From Bacillota bacterium (lineage in GTDB: Bacteria; Bacillota; Clostridia; Peptostreptococcales; Anaerovoracaceae): DNA of 64,000 nucleotides. The notes below the pieces were generated by a model. The model saw only the letters and a list, made by a program, of their open reading frames with translations. It was not told where the DNA came from and did not search any database. The stretch covers positions 268-64,267 of the forward strand of contig JAUNCY010000003.1 in NCBI GenBank assembly GCA_030526325.1. The letters run 5' to 3'. The translations under genes and the position numbers were made by a program. Each line of letters starts with the position of its first letter. Positions within the stretch are counted from its first letter, which is position 1. Positions 39,482-47,898 of the stretch are shown here, in pieces.

Positions 39482-39865
39482 TTATTTATTTACTCCAAGC
39501 ATTCCCCCTGCAATTCCGGCAGTAATTCCGGCAATAATTTTAAAGACTGACGAAACTCCGAGAATGTTTCCTCCCGAAGCGGCGGCCGCGACAGCCCATA
39601 CAGCTGCTGAAATAACCAGTGCGGCCGCAAATCCGGAAAAGATGCCCTTTCTTCCAGTGCCGATGCCCATTTTCAGTCCTCCCGCAAAGCATCCTCCTGC
39701 GAGGCAGATTCCTCCGGCATAGGTCATCACCTGTTCAGGCACAGGCGTAAACCAGAGCACAAGCACACAGACAGCATTTAATATGAAATATGTACCCAGC
39801 CCCGTCATGAGGGATTTCAGCATACACTTTCCTATAGATTTTAAATCAGTTCTGTTTTCGTTCAT
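39482..39865 (-). CDS. Small Gly/Ala-rich integral membrane protein, unknown function (possibly TIGR04086-like)
   Basis: 127 aa with about four hydrophobic segments rich in G/A (GGICLAGGCFAGG, AAALVISAAVWAVAAAASGG, IAGITAGIAGGMLG). It lies between yajC and secDF. Confidence 0.6.
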   Translation of the reverse strand: MNENRTDLKSIGKCMLKSLMTGLGTYFILNAVCVLVLWFTPVPEQVMTYAGGICLAGGCFAGGLKMGIGTGRKGIFSGFAAALVISAAVWAVAAAASGGNILGVSSVFKIIAGITAGIAGGMLGVNK

Positions 39866-39933
39866 TTTTTAACACCCCTAAATAAATATATTTAAGGGTA
39901 ATCCGTTTTATGAAAAAAGCGGAGAAATATATG

Positions 39934-39962
39934 AAAAAAAATCCGGAGAAACATCTCCGGAT
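39934..39962 (-). terminator. Intrinsic terminator after yajC
   Basis: Minus strand reads AUCCGGAG-AUGUUU-CUCCGGAU (39941-39962), followed by UUUUUUU (39934-39940). Confidence 0.6.
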
Positions 39963-39992
39963 TAACTGCATAATAAGTGAACTGTAATTGAA

Positions 39993-40403
39993 TTATTCAG
40001 CTTTTTCCTGATTTTCTTCAGCAGGAGCTTCAGGTGCTTCAACAGCTTCAGGCGCTTTTTCTTCAGCTGCGGCAACATCTTCAGGCTTTTCTTCAACAGC
40101 CTCTATCTGTTTTTCGGCAACCTTTCTTACACTTCCTTTGCCTTCTTCAAGAACGCTGGAAACAGCCCATCTCATTACTTCCATTCTTACCTTGTCGCCG
40201 ACTTCGATAATAAGGCTTTCTTCCTTATCCTTGATAACTCTGGCTTTCATTCCGCCTATTGTCAGGATTTTGTCCCCTGCTTTTACACCTTTTCTCATGG
40301 CAGCAATCTGCTTTTCTTTTTTCTTCTGAGGTCTGATTAAAATCAGCCAGAAAATCACGAGAATAAGTATACAAGACCCCCAGGTCATTACATTTGGATT
40401 CAT
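39993..40403 (-). CDS. yajC: Preprotein translocase subunit YajC with acidic Ala/Glu/Pro-rich C-terminal tail
   Basis: The ORF track start (40511) runs through a tRNA. The real start is the ATG at 40403 (MNPNVMTWGS...) with AAGGAG upstream. It has a single TM followed by IRPQKKKEKQ...GDKILTIGGMKARV. Confidence 0.85.
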   Translation of the reverse strand: MNPNVMTWGSCILILVIFWLILIRPQKKKEKQIAAMRKGVKAGDKILTIGGMKARVIKDKEESLIIEVGDKVRMEVMRWAVSSVLEEGKGSVRKVAEKQIEAVEEKPEDVAAAEEKAPEAVEAPEAPAEENQEKAE

Positions 40404-40430
40404 TAATGTTTCACTCCTTGCTACTAAAAA

Positions 40431-40517
40431 TGGTGCCGGCGATCGGGGTCGAACCGATACGGTGTTGCCACCACGGGATTTTGAGTCCCGCACGTCTGCC
40501 AATTCCATCACGCCGGC
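40431..40517 (-). tRNA. tRNA-Leu (anticodon CAA), type II, CCA encoded
   Basis: Reverse complement reads GCCGGCG-UG-AUG-GAAUUGGCAGA-CGU-G-CGGGA-CUCAAAA-UCCCG-UGGUGGCAACACCGU-AUCGG-UUCGACC-CCGAU-CGCCGGC-ACCA. Confidence 0.9.
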
Positions 40518-40603
40518 AGAATAAATTTACGACAGGCTGAAATATGTTATGCCTGCGCCGCTGAAAAGAATTTTAACACATTTCAATATCTGCCGCAAGA
40601 TAT

Positions 40604-41884
40604 TTATTCATAATAATCAAACTCGAAATCTTTGATTCTGACAGTATCCTCGTCCTTTATTCCCATGTCAATCATCTTCTGCATAGCGCCTTTTTCCTCT
40701 ATATATTTATACAGGTATCTCAAAGATTCCATATCGTTGAAGTTGGTTGAATCGAAGATTTTTTCAAGCTGTCCTCCCGAAAGAACGAACACACCGTCCT
40801 CCACAGTAACCTTGATTTCTCTGTATTCAGGGTCTTTGTCGGCTTCTTCCAGATCGAAGTATACGTAATCATCTTCCTCCGGCAGTTCTCTCAGTTCTGA
40901 AACCTTGTTCATTGCCGCCTTCAGCAGCTCATCCAGTCCCTGTCTGCCCGCAGCGGATACAGGAAATACCTCATAGCCTCTGTCCTTTACATATTCGATA
41001 AACTCTTCATATTTTTCCTGATCCATGATGCTGTCTATCTTATTGGCGGCAACTATCTGAGGCTTTTCTGCCAGCTTCGGAGAATATTTAACAAGTTCTT
41101 CATTAATCTTCTCGAAGTCCTCTATCATGTCTCTGCCTTCTACAGAAGAAACATCCACAACATGAATCAGAAGCTTGGTTCTCTCTATGTGTCTCAAAAA
41201 GTCGAGGCCCAGACCCTGACCCTCGTGGGCACCTTCTATTATGCCCGGAATATCCGCCATTATGAAGCTGTCATCATAAAACTGCACAACTCCCAGGTTC
41301 GGTGTCAGTGTCGTGAAATGATAATTTGCAATTTTAGGTCTGGCTCCCGTTACTGCAGCCAGAAGTGTGGATTTTCCCACATTAGGAAATCCCATAAGCC
41401 CCACGTCAGCTATCATTTTAAGCTCGAGGATTATGGTTCTCTCCACCGCTTTGCCTCCGGCTTCGGCAAAATTCGGAGCCTGTCTTACGGAATTCTTGAA
41501 ATGAACGTTGCCTTTTCCGCCCTTTCCGCCCTTTGCCACAACGCAGCTGTCTCCGTGCTTTTTCAGGTCTTTTATCAGGTGCCCCGTCTCCTGATCTATA
41601 ATCAGTGTTCCCGGAGGCACTTTGAGCTTCAGATCTTTTCCCTTCTTCCCGAATTTCTTTCTCTTCATTCCGTCTTCGCCGTTCTCGGCGTTATACTTGA
41701 CTTTATAATGAAAATCCATCAGGGTGTGAAAGTTTTCGTCTGCTTCAAAAATTACACTGCCTCCGCTGCCGCCGTCTCCGCCGTCGGGGCCACCGTCCGG
41801 AACAAAGGGCTCTCTTCTGAACGAAACACAGCCGTTTCCGCCCTTTCCCGATTTAACAGTAATTTTCGCTTTATCTATAAACAT
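40604..41884 (-). CDS. obg: GTPase Obg/CgtA
   Basis: 426 aa with MFIDKAKITVKSGKGGNGCVSFRRE, a glycine-rich Obg fold, G motifs (GFPNVGKST, DIPG, NKID) and a C-terminal OCT domain. Confidence 0.95.
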   Translation of the reverse strand: MFIDKAKITVKSGKGGNGCVSFRREPFVPDGGPDGGDGGSGGSVIFEADENFHTLMDFHYKVKYNAENGEDGMKRKKFGKKGKDLKLKVPPGTLIIDQETGHLIKDLKKHGDSCVVAKGGKGGKGNVHFKNSVRQAPNFAEAGGKAVERTIILELKMIADVGLMGFPNVGKSTLLAAVTGARPKIANYHFTTLTPNLGVVQFYDDSFIMADIPGIIEGAHEGQGLGLDFLRHIERTKLLIHVVDVSSVEGRDMIEDFEKINEELVKYSPKLAEKPQIVAANKIDSIMDQEKYEEFIEYVKDRGYEVFPVSAAGRQGLDELLKAAMNKVSELRELPEEDDYVYFDLEEADKDPEYREIKVTVEDGVFVLSGGQLEKIFDSTNFNDMESLRYLYKYIEEKGAMQKMIDMGIKDEDTVRIKDFEFDYYE

Positions 41885-41913
41885 GGATTATCCTCTCCAT
41901 TTCTTCCGTCGGT

Positions 41914-41951
41914 AAAAAACTACCCCTTAACACTCGATATGTAAGGGGTAG
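41914..41951 (-). terminator. Strong intrinsic terminator between rpmA and obg
   Basis: Minus strand has a 10-bp stem CUACCCCUUA/UAAGGGGUAG (41920-41951), followed by UUUUUU (41914-41919). Confidence 0.65.
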
Positions 41952-41958
41952 TTTTTTC

Positions 41959-42219
41959 TTAAGCTTCTTTTGCGTATACGCTTACCTGTTTTCTGGTCTT
42001 GTCTTTTCTTTCGAATCTGACAACGCCTTCTATCATAGCAAACAAAGTATCGTCTCCACCTTTGCCAACGTTGTTGCCCGGATGGATTTTTGTTCCTCTC
42101 TGTCTTACTAAGATGCTTCCGGCAGTTACTGTCTGTCCATCAGCTCTTTTAACTCCCAAACGTTTGGATTCACTGTCTCTTCCGTTTCTGGAACTACCTA
42201 CTCCTTTTTTACTTGCCAT
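41959..42219 (-). CDS. rpmA: 50S ribosomal protein L27 (no N-terminal propeptide)
   Basis: 86 aa starting [29 protein letters not shown] lies 8 nt upstream of the ATG. Confidence 0.95.
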   Translation of the reverse strand: MASKKGVGSSRNGRDSESKRLGVKRADGQTVTAGSILVRQRGTKIHPGNNVGKGGDDTLFAMIEGVVRFERKDKTRKQVSVYAKEA

Positions 42220-42281
42220 GTGTTCTTCACCTCCATTCGTGCGGCATGCACAAATAAATTAAACGATTCTTTAAATATAAA

Positions 42282-42599
42282 TTATAAAGAAATACTTTCA
42301 ATCACAACTTTTGTGAAAGGCTGTCTGTGACCTTTTTTGTTTCTGTAGTCTTTCTTAGCCTTGTACTTGTAGATAACCACTTTTGGTCCTTTGCCGTTTT
42401 CTACAACCTTAGCGTTTACAACAGCGCCTGCGATAACAGGTGTTCCCACTTTGATATCAGCGCCTTCGCCTGCAGCCAGAACCTGGTCAAATACAACGGC
42501 ATCGCCTTCTGCAGCATTCAGTTTTTCGATTGTGATTTCATCACCTTCGTGTACTCTGTACTGCTTTCCGCCTGTTGCTATAATTGCATACATGAACAA
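42282..42599 (-). CDS. rplU: 50S ribosomal protein L21
   Basis: [14 protein letters not shown]... is canonical L21. The ATG at 42593 is the likely start. Confidence 0.95.
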   Translation of the reverse strand: MFMYAIIATGGKQYRVHEGDEITIEKLNAAEGDAVVFDQVLAAGEGADIKVGTPVIAGAVVNAKVVENGKGPKVVIYKYKAKKDYRNKKGHRQPFTKVVIESISL

Positions 42600-42669
42600 A
42601 TTTACCTCCTCTATCCAGTCTCGCCATTAAGGCAGCATAAGCTTTAAAACCTTTTCTGCGCGGTTCAAC
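42600..42669 (-). promoter_or_regulatory. 5' leader of rplU (possible L21-leader-type element)
   Basis: About 70-nt untranslated leader between the predicted TSS and rplU. Firmicute rplU operons are known to carry a structured L21 leader, but I could not verify the fold by eye. Confidence 0.3.
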
Positions 42670-42675
42670 TCGTGT

Positions 42676-42704
42676 ATTATACACCATATTGTGTATAGTG
42701 TCAA
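42676..42704 (-). promoter_or_regulatory. Consensus sigma-A promoter of rplU-rpmA
   Basis: Minus strand reads TTGACA (42699-42704), 17-nt spacer, TATAAT (42676-42681). Confidence 0.65.
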
Positions 42705-42782
42705 TCGTATTGTCCTATAATTTCATAAAATATTATGCCGCCCGGCCGAACCCTTCCGCAGCCTGAGCTTCTGCCGAAACAG

Positions 42783-44033
42783 TTATACAAACAGGTCAAA
42801 CAGCAGGGTATCCGGTGTGATAACCTGATATGAAAATCCTTTTCTGTCCATTCTCTCCAGCAGCCCCGGATAGTCCTCCGCCTTTGCCAGTTCCAGGCCT
42901 ATATGTACAGGACCTTTTTCTTTGTCATTTGATTTGGTATATTCAAATCTGCAGATATCATCGTCCGGTCCGAGAACCTCGTTCAGAAACTCCCTGAGGG
43001 CTCCCGGTCTCTGAGGGAATCCCACGATGAAATATCTCTTCAATCCCTCGTAAACCATCGAACGTTCCTTAATTTCCTGCATTCTGGCTATATCGTTGTT
43101 TCCTCCGGAAATCACGCATACCACATTTTTTCCTTTGATTTCATCCCTGTGAAAATCAAGAGCAGCTACAGGCAGAGCACCCGCCGGTTCCAGCACGATT
43201 GCGCTGTCATTGTACATTTCCAGTATGGCGGTGCATACCTTTCCCTCAGGAACCACTGTAATGGAGTCCAGATTTTCACGGCAAAGCTCGTAGGTTTTCT
43301 GTCCTACGGTTTTAACCGCGGCGCCGTCCACAAATTTATCCACTCTATCAAGAGTGACAGGATGTCCCGTATCGAAAGCAGCCTTCATGCTTGCCGCACC
43401 TTCAGGCTCACAGCCTATAACCCGGGTTTCCGGATGGAGATTCTTAATACAGGTGCTTATTCCGGCAGCCAAACCTCCGCCTCCGATTGCCATAAATACA
43501 TAATCTATTTTTCCCGCATCGTCATTGAAAATCTCCAGGCCGACGGTTCCCTGGCCTGCAATGACCATTTCATCGTCAAAGGGATGAATAAAGGTCATTC
43601 CGTTTTTAATGCAGTACTCCCCTGCGGCCTTTGCGGAGTCGTCAAAGGTATCTCCTTCAAGCATAATTTCAACATATTTTCCGCCGAATCTTTTAACCTG
43701 ATTAATTTTCTGCTTGGGAGTTGTCACCGGCATGAAGATTTTACCCTGAGCCTTGAGCTCCTTACAGGAAAAAGCCACTCCCTGGGCATGATTTCCCGCG
43801 CTGGCACATACAACACCCCTGGAAAGCTCCTCCTGATTAAGGGAATGCATCTTGTTGTATGCCCCTCTTATTTTAAAAGACCTTACTATCTGCAGATCCT
43901 CTCTTTTTAAATACACATTGCATTCGTACTTTTCGGACAAAACCGTATCCTTCATCAGAGGCACATTGTTAAGAACCTTTTTCAGCCCCTGCTCAGCTTT
44001 CATTATGTCACCGAGTCCAACCTGAACACTCAT
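42783..44033 (-). CDS. ilvA: Threonine ammonia-lyase (PLP-dependent, with C-terminal ACT-like regulatory domain)
   Basis: 416 aa with the PLP lysine motif (QIVRSFKIRGAYN), GGGGL and a C-terminal regulatory domain. An alternative start is the ATG at 44003. Confidence 0.8.
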   Translation of the reverse strand: MSVQVGLGDIMKAEQGLKKVLNNVPLMKDTVLSEKYECNVYLKREDLQIVRSFKIRGAYNKMHSLNQEELSRGVVCASAGNHAQGVAFSCKELKAQGKIFMPVTTPKQKINQVKRFGGKYVEIMLEGDTFDDSAKAAGEYCIKNGMTFIHPFDDEMVIAGQGTVGLEIFNDDAGKIDYVFMAIGGGGLAAGISTCIKNLHPETRVIGCEPEGAASMKAAFDTGHPVTLDRVDKFVDGAAVKTVGQKTYELCRENLDSITVVPEGKVCTAILEMYNDSAIVLEPAGALPVAALDFHRDEIKGKNVVCVISGGNNDIARMQEIKERSMVYEGLKRYFIVGFPQRPGALREFLNEVLGPDDDICRFEYTKSNDKEKGPVHIGLELAKAEDYPGLLERMDRKGFSYQVITPDTLLFDLFV

Positions 44034-44057
44034 GTTATTTCCTCCCGTTCTGTGGAA

Positions 44058-44086
44058 TTGAATTCCGGTATTCTTAGTAGTATAAT
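44058..44086 (+). promoter_or_regulatory. Sigma-A-type promoter for the flavoprotein gene
   Basis: Plus strand reads TTGAAT (44058-44063), 17-nt spacer, TATAAT (44081-44086). Confidence 0.5.
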
Positions 44087-44132
44087 TTTTAATTATATCA
44101 TCATTCAGACAATTTTAACAGGAGGTATATTT

Positions 44133-44666
44133 ATGAATATACTGGTTCTCAGCGGAAGTCCCAGAAAAAACGGCAACACTCAAATAATGACTGCGGAATT
44201 TATCAAAGGCGCCCGTGAAGCAGGCCACAATGTAACCGAATTCAATGCAGGCACAATGAACATTCATCCCTGCATCGCCTGTGAATCCTGCCTCAAAAAT
44301 GACGGTAAATGCTTCAGGCAGGACGATATGCAGAAAATATATCCGGCAGTTGAAGAGAGCGATATGATAGTCTTCGCTTCTCCGATATACTGGTACTCCC
44401 TTACAGCCCAGATCAAATCCGCTATTGACAGACTTTACGCATTTCTTCTGAAGGGCTTCAAAATCAAATGTTCCGCTCTTCTCCTTAATGCTCACGACAG
44501 TTCTCCGGACGTATTCAATACGGCAATATCCAACTACAACCAGATAATAACCTACGCAGGCTGGGAAAATAAAGGAATAATCACTGTCAGTGGAATGGAA
44601 TTCAAGGGAGCAATGAACAGCGCTCACGAGCTTAAAGATGTATATGAGCTGGGCAGAACACTGTAA
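44133..44666 (+). CDS. Flavodoxin-like NAD(P)H-dependent FMN reductase family protein
   Basis: The ORF track start is 44052. The likely start is the ATG at 44133 (MNILVLSGSPRKNGNT) with GGAGG at 44121-44125. It has a flavodoxin-fold signature and a CIACESC motif. Confidence 0.8.
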   Translation: MNILVLSGSPRKNGNTQIMTAEFIKGAREAGHNVTEFNAGTMNIHPCIACESCLKNDGKCFRQDDMQKIYPAVEESDMIVFASPIYWYSLTAQIKSAIDRLYAFLLKGFKIKCSALLLNAHDSSPDVFNTAISNYNQIITYAGWENKGIITVSGMEFKGAMNSAHELKDVYELGRTL

Positions 44667-44701
44667 CTTATAATTCGGATTTTTAATTCGGGAGCAGGTA
44701 A

Positions 44702-44743
44702 AATAAGCTCCGCAGCAGATCTGACACTGCCGCGGAGCTTATT
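44702..44743. terminator. Bidirectional hairpin between the convergent flavoprotein gene and copA
   Basis: 12-bp stem AATAAGCTCCGC (44702-44713) / GCGGAGCTTATT (44732-44743) with an 18-nt loop. Flanking T/A runs are only modest. Confidence 0.45.
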
Positions 44744-44824
44744 AATTGTGATGACAGACATAATCTTTCTCAGGCAGTCTTCAGCTGTTTACGTTCGGGG
44801 CAAATGAACTGCCTCGCCCGCTTT

Positions 44825-47386
44825 TTAAAAAATCTCCGTCACTTTATAATCCTGATCCTCTACTGCCTGCTTAAGAACAGAATCTTCAACTGCTTTTTTC
44901 AGTTCAACAACTGCCTTTCCTTCTTCATAGCTGACTTCAGCCTTTTCCACGCACTCCAGACTCTCAAGCGTTTTCTTTACTCTCGCCTCACAGTGTCTGC
45001 ACATCATTCCTTCAATTTTCATTGTCTTTTCCATCAGTTTTTCCTCCTCTTCTATACTGTCTTTCTCCGGCTCAGCTTCCCTGTTATACGATTCCGCCTT
45101 TTTCAATTCGGCATTGCCCGGATTATACATGTCGAACAAATTCAGCCTTAGAGCATTTGTTACCACACAAAAGCTCGAAAGGCTCATGGCAGCCGCTCCA
45201 AACGCCGGATTCATAGTCCAGCCGGTCAGAGAAATAAATACTCCCGCAGCAAGGGGTATACCTGCCGCATTGTATAAAAATGCCCAGAACAGATTCTGCC
45301 GAATATTTCTAAGGGTCGCTCTGCTCATCCTAATTGCAGCCGGCACATCCGCAAGGCTGTTTTTCATCAGCACTATATCAGCCGTATCTATGGCAATTTC
45401 CGATCCGGCACCTATGGCAATTCCCACGTCCGCTGCCGCAAGGGCTGGTGCGTCGTTAATACCGTCGCCCACCATTATAACTTTGCCCTCGCCCGAATAT
45501 CTGCGGACCGCCGCCTCCTTCTCTTCTGGAAGAACCCCCGCAATAACCTCATCTATTCCGGCGGCACGGCCTACGGCCTTGGCTGTCCTCTCGTTGTCGC
45601 CCGTCACCATCACAACCCGAACTCCCATGTTCCTGAGCTGCCTTACCGCCTCAGGACTCTCTTCCTTTATCCTGTCTGCTGCAGCAATAATACCCAGCAG
45701 CCTGCCGTCCTCCGCAAAAAACAGAGGCGTTTTCCCCTCTCCGGACAGCCGGTCCGCAGATTCCAGCGCCCCGGCCGGTATATCAGCCCTTTCCGATATA
45801 AAGGAATAATTTCCGCCGGAAATCCCTGCTGCCTGAAGCTCTGCTCCGGGCAGCTCTGCGGCCAGGCCGTTTCCCGGCATCACTCTGAAATTAAATGTTT
45901 CTGCCGGTTTAATATTTCTTCTTTCCGCCTCCTCCATTATCGCAGATGCAAGAGGATGCTCGCTCTTTGATTCGAGAGAGCAGGCTTTAAATATCAGTTC
46001 TTCTTCCGTAACGCCCGGTTCAGGTATAATATCCGTAACTCCCGGTTTTCCTTCGGTCACCGTACCGGTTTTGTCCAGCAGAACAGTTTCAGCCCTTCCC
46101 GCCTCTTCCAGCGCCTCCGCGCTTTTATACAGAATTCCGTTTTTTGCCGCCGTCCCGCTGCCTGTCATTATCGCAACAGGTGTTGCCAGCCCCAGAGCGC
46201 AGGGACAGCTGATAACCAGTACGGAGATTCCTCTGGCCAGCGCGAAGCCTGTGCTCTCTCCTGCCAGCAGCCAGATTAAAACCGTAACAGAAGCCACTGC
46301 TATTACCGCGGGAACAAATATGCCTGAAATCTTATCTGCAATCCTTGCTATCGGCGCCTTCGTTGCAGAGGCATCGCTGACAAGGCTTATTATTTTTGAA
46401 AATGCAGTTTCCTCTCCTACTTTAAGAGCCTCACATCTGATATATCCGGACTGATTTATGGAAGCAGAAAGAACACGGTCACCCACAGTTTTATCCGCCG
46501 GTATGCTTTCTCCTGTAAGAGCCGATTCATTTACCGTACTGCTCCCGAAAACCACAATCCCGTCCGCAGGAATACTCTCCCCGGGCCGAACCGCAAATAT
46601 ATCTCCCTTCTTCAGCTGCTCCGCCGGAATTCTTTTTTCTTCTCCGTCTGCAAAAAGAGCCGCTGTTTTAGGAGCAAGGTTTATCAGTTCCTTCAGCGCA
46701 TTTGTTGTTTTGCCCTTTGAACGAGCCTCCAGCATTTTCCCGAGAGTAATCAGAGTTAATATCACTCCGGCAGCCTCGAAATAGAATTCATGCACATATC
46801 CCCCGGCAGCAGCTGTGTTTCCCTCTGCCTGCAGGCCGGTCATTGCAAACAGAGCCGCCGTACTGTATATAAACGCGGCAGAAGCTCCCATAGCCACCAG
46901 CGTATCCATGTTAGGAGCCCTATGCATCAGACCTTTAAAACCTGATATGAAGTACTTCTGATTAATTACCATTATTCCTTCAGAAAGCAAAAGCTGCAGC
47001 AGTCCCTGCGCTGCGGGATTTCTTTCAAGTACGTCGGGCAGAGGAAATCCCCACATCATATGCCCCATAGAAAAATACATCAGTATTAAGAGAAAAACAG
47101 CAGAAAAAATCAGGCGTCTTTTTAACGGTTTTATCTCATCCTCCGGTCCGGTTTTACGGATGCTTTTTTCAGCGGCACCGCCGCCCCTGATATCCGGCTC
47201 TGCATCATATCCGGCTTTTCTCACCGCATTCACCACATCTTCGGCAGGAACATTTCCTTCTACCGACATGAATCCGGTCAGAAGATTTACAGCACATCCG
47301 CTGACCCCGGGCAGTCCGGACACTGCCTTTTCCACCCGGGCGCTGCAGGCGGCACAGCTCATCCCTGTGACCCTGTATTGTTTCAT
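44825..47386 (-). CDS. copA: Copper-translocating P1B-type ATPase with N-terminal HMA domain and fused C-terminal CopZ-like HMA domain
   Basis: The likely start is the ATG at 47386 (MKQYRVTGMSCAACSARV). Motifs CPC (SCPCALG), DKTGT, GDGINDAP and TGES are present. The C-terminal 69 aa (MEKTMKIEGMMCRHCEARVKK...) form an HMA fold, preceded in-frame by GGAGG (45043-45047) plus ATG (45032-45034). Confidence 0.9.
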   Translation of the reverse strand: MKQYRVTGMSCAACSARVEKAVSGLPGVSGCAVNLLTGFMSVEGNVPAEDVVNAVRKAGYDAEPDIRGGGAAEKSIRKTGPEDEIKPLKRRLIFSAVFLLILMYFSMGHMMWGFPLPDVLERNPAAQGLLQLLLSEGIMVINQKYFISGFKGLMHRAPNMDTLVAMGASAAFIYSTAALFAMTGLQAEGNTAAAGGYVHEFYFEAAGVILTLITLGKMLEARSKGKTTNALKELINLAPKTAALFADGEEKRIPAEQLKKGDIFAVRPGESIPADGIVVFGSSTVNESALTGESIPADKTVGDRVLSASINQSGYIRCEALKVGEETAFSKIISLVSDASATKAPIARIADKISGIFVPAVIAVASVTVLIWLLAGESTGFALARGISVLVISCPCALGLATPVAIMTGSGTAAKNGILYKSAEALEEAGRAETVLLDKTGTVTEGKPGVTDIIPEPGVTEEELIFKACSLESKSEHPLASAIMEEAERRNIKPAETFNFRVMPGNGLAAELPGAELQAAGISGGNYSFISERADIPAGALESADRLSGEGKTPLFFAEDGRLLGIIAAADRIKEESPEAVRQLRNMGVRVVMVTGDNERTAKAVGRAAGIDEVIAGVLPEEKEAAVRRYSGEGKVIMVGDGINDAPALAAADVGIAIGAGSEIAIDTADIVLMKNSLADVPAAIRMSRATLRNIRQNLFWAFLYNAAGIPLAAGVFISLTGWTMNPAFGAAAMSLSSFCVVTNALRLNLFDMYNPGNAELKKAESYNREAEPEKDSIEEEEKLMEKTMKIEGMMCRHCEARVKKTLESLECVEKAEVSYEEGKAVVELKKAVEDSVLKQAVEDQDYKVTEIF

Positions 47387-47400
47387 ATTTCCTCTCACCC

Positions 47401-47754
47401 CTATTTCATAAGCTTCCGGAGAATATCCAGAAGTTCATCTATAACTTCATCGTGGCCGTCGCGAATGTCCCTCACAACGCAGCCCCTGATATGATTAGAT
47501 ATCAGCTCTCTGTTAAACGCATTCACTGCAGCATTTACAGCAGCTGACTGCATCAGAATATCCGTGCAGTAGGCATCCCTCTCAAGCATCCCCTTTATTC
47601 CTCTAATCTGACCCTCAATACGATTCAGACGGTTTATAAGCTTCTTCCTGGTATCCTCTGTTCTGAGAGTCTTTTTCCCGCAGCAGCACCCGCTGCCGTT
47701 TTGAATACCGTCGGTTAAACCGTCGGACATTTTATTATTTATATTATCACTCAT
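47401..47754 (-). CDS. csoR: CsoR-family copper-sensing repressor with Cys-rich N-terminal extension
   Basis: The ORF track start (47865) covers its own promoter. The likely start is the ATG at 47754 (MSDNINNK...) with GGGAGG upstream. It has RLNRIEGQIRGIKGM...YCTDIL and an N-terminal GSGCCCGKK. Confidence 0.85.
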   Translation of the reverse strand: MSDNINNKMSDGLTDGIQNGSGCCCGKKTLRTEDTRKKLINRLNRIEGQIRGIKGMLERDAYCTDILMQSAAVNAAVNAFNRELISNHIRGCVVRDIRDGHDEVIDELLDILRKLMK

Positions 47755-47811
47755 TTGAACCTCCCGTATTCGGCAGCCGGTGCACCGGTCATACCTTAAT
47801 ATTCTCGCTCC

Positions 47812-47840
47812 ATTATATACCCCGTAGGGGTATATTTCAA
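47812..47840 (-). promoter_or_regulatory. csoR-copA promoter with CsoR operator palindrome in the spacer
   Basis: Minus strand reads TTGAAA (47835-47840), 17-nt spacer, TATAAT (47812-47817). The spacer is almost entirely the palindrome TACCCCTACGGGGTA (47818-47832), which matches the known GC-rich CsoR box type (TACCC-N-GGGTA). Confidence 0.65.
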
Positions 47841-47880
47841 CAAAAAAATAAGGAGTATTCCGCATTTGCGTATACTCCTT
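47841..47880 (-). terminator. Intrinsic terminator after the MBL lipoprotein gene
   Basis: Minus strand reads AAGGAGUAU-(13 nt)-AUACUCCUU (47850-47880), followed by AUUUUUUUG. Confidence 0.55.
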
Positions 47881-47898
47881 GATATCATATACAGGAAC

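Noticed and set aside
40404-40511. 36-codon N-terminal extension of the yajC ORF
   Set aside because: It overlaps tRNA-Leu(CAA). AAGGAG plus the ATG at 40403 gives a normal YajC N-terminus.
40518-40603. Possible promoter (TGTTAAAAT) for tRNA-Leu(CAA) downstream of obg
   Set aside because: The -35 region is poor, and the implied leader of about 50 nt is untestable by eye. The tRNA may equally be processed from obg read-through, so I did not list it as a feature.
42220-42281. Possible hidden prp (L27 protease) gene between rplU and rpmA
   Set aside because: The gap is only 62 nt with no ORF. L27 itself lacks the cleavable extension, so the absence appears genuine.
47755-47865. N-terminal extension of the csoR ORF
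   Set aside because: It would cover the csoR promoter and the CsoR operator palindrome. GGGAGG plus the ATG at 47754 is the credible start.
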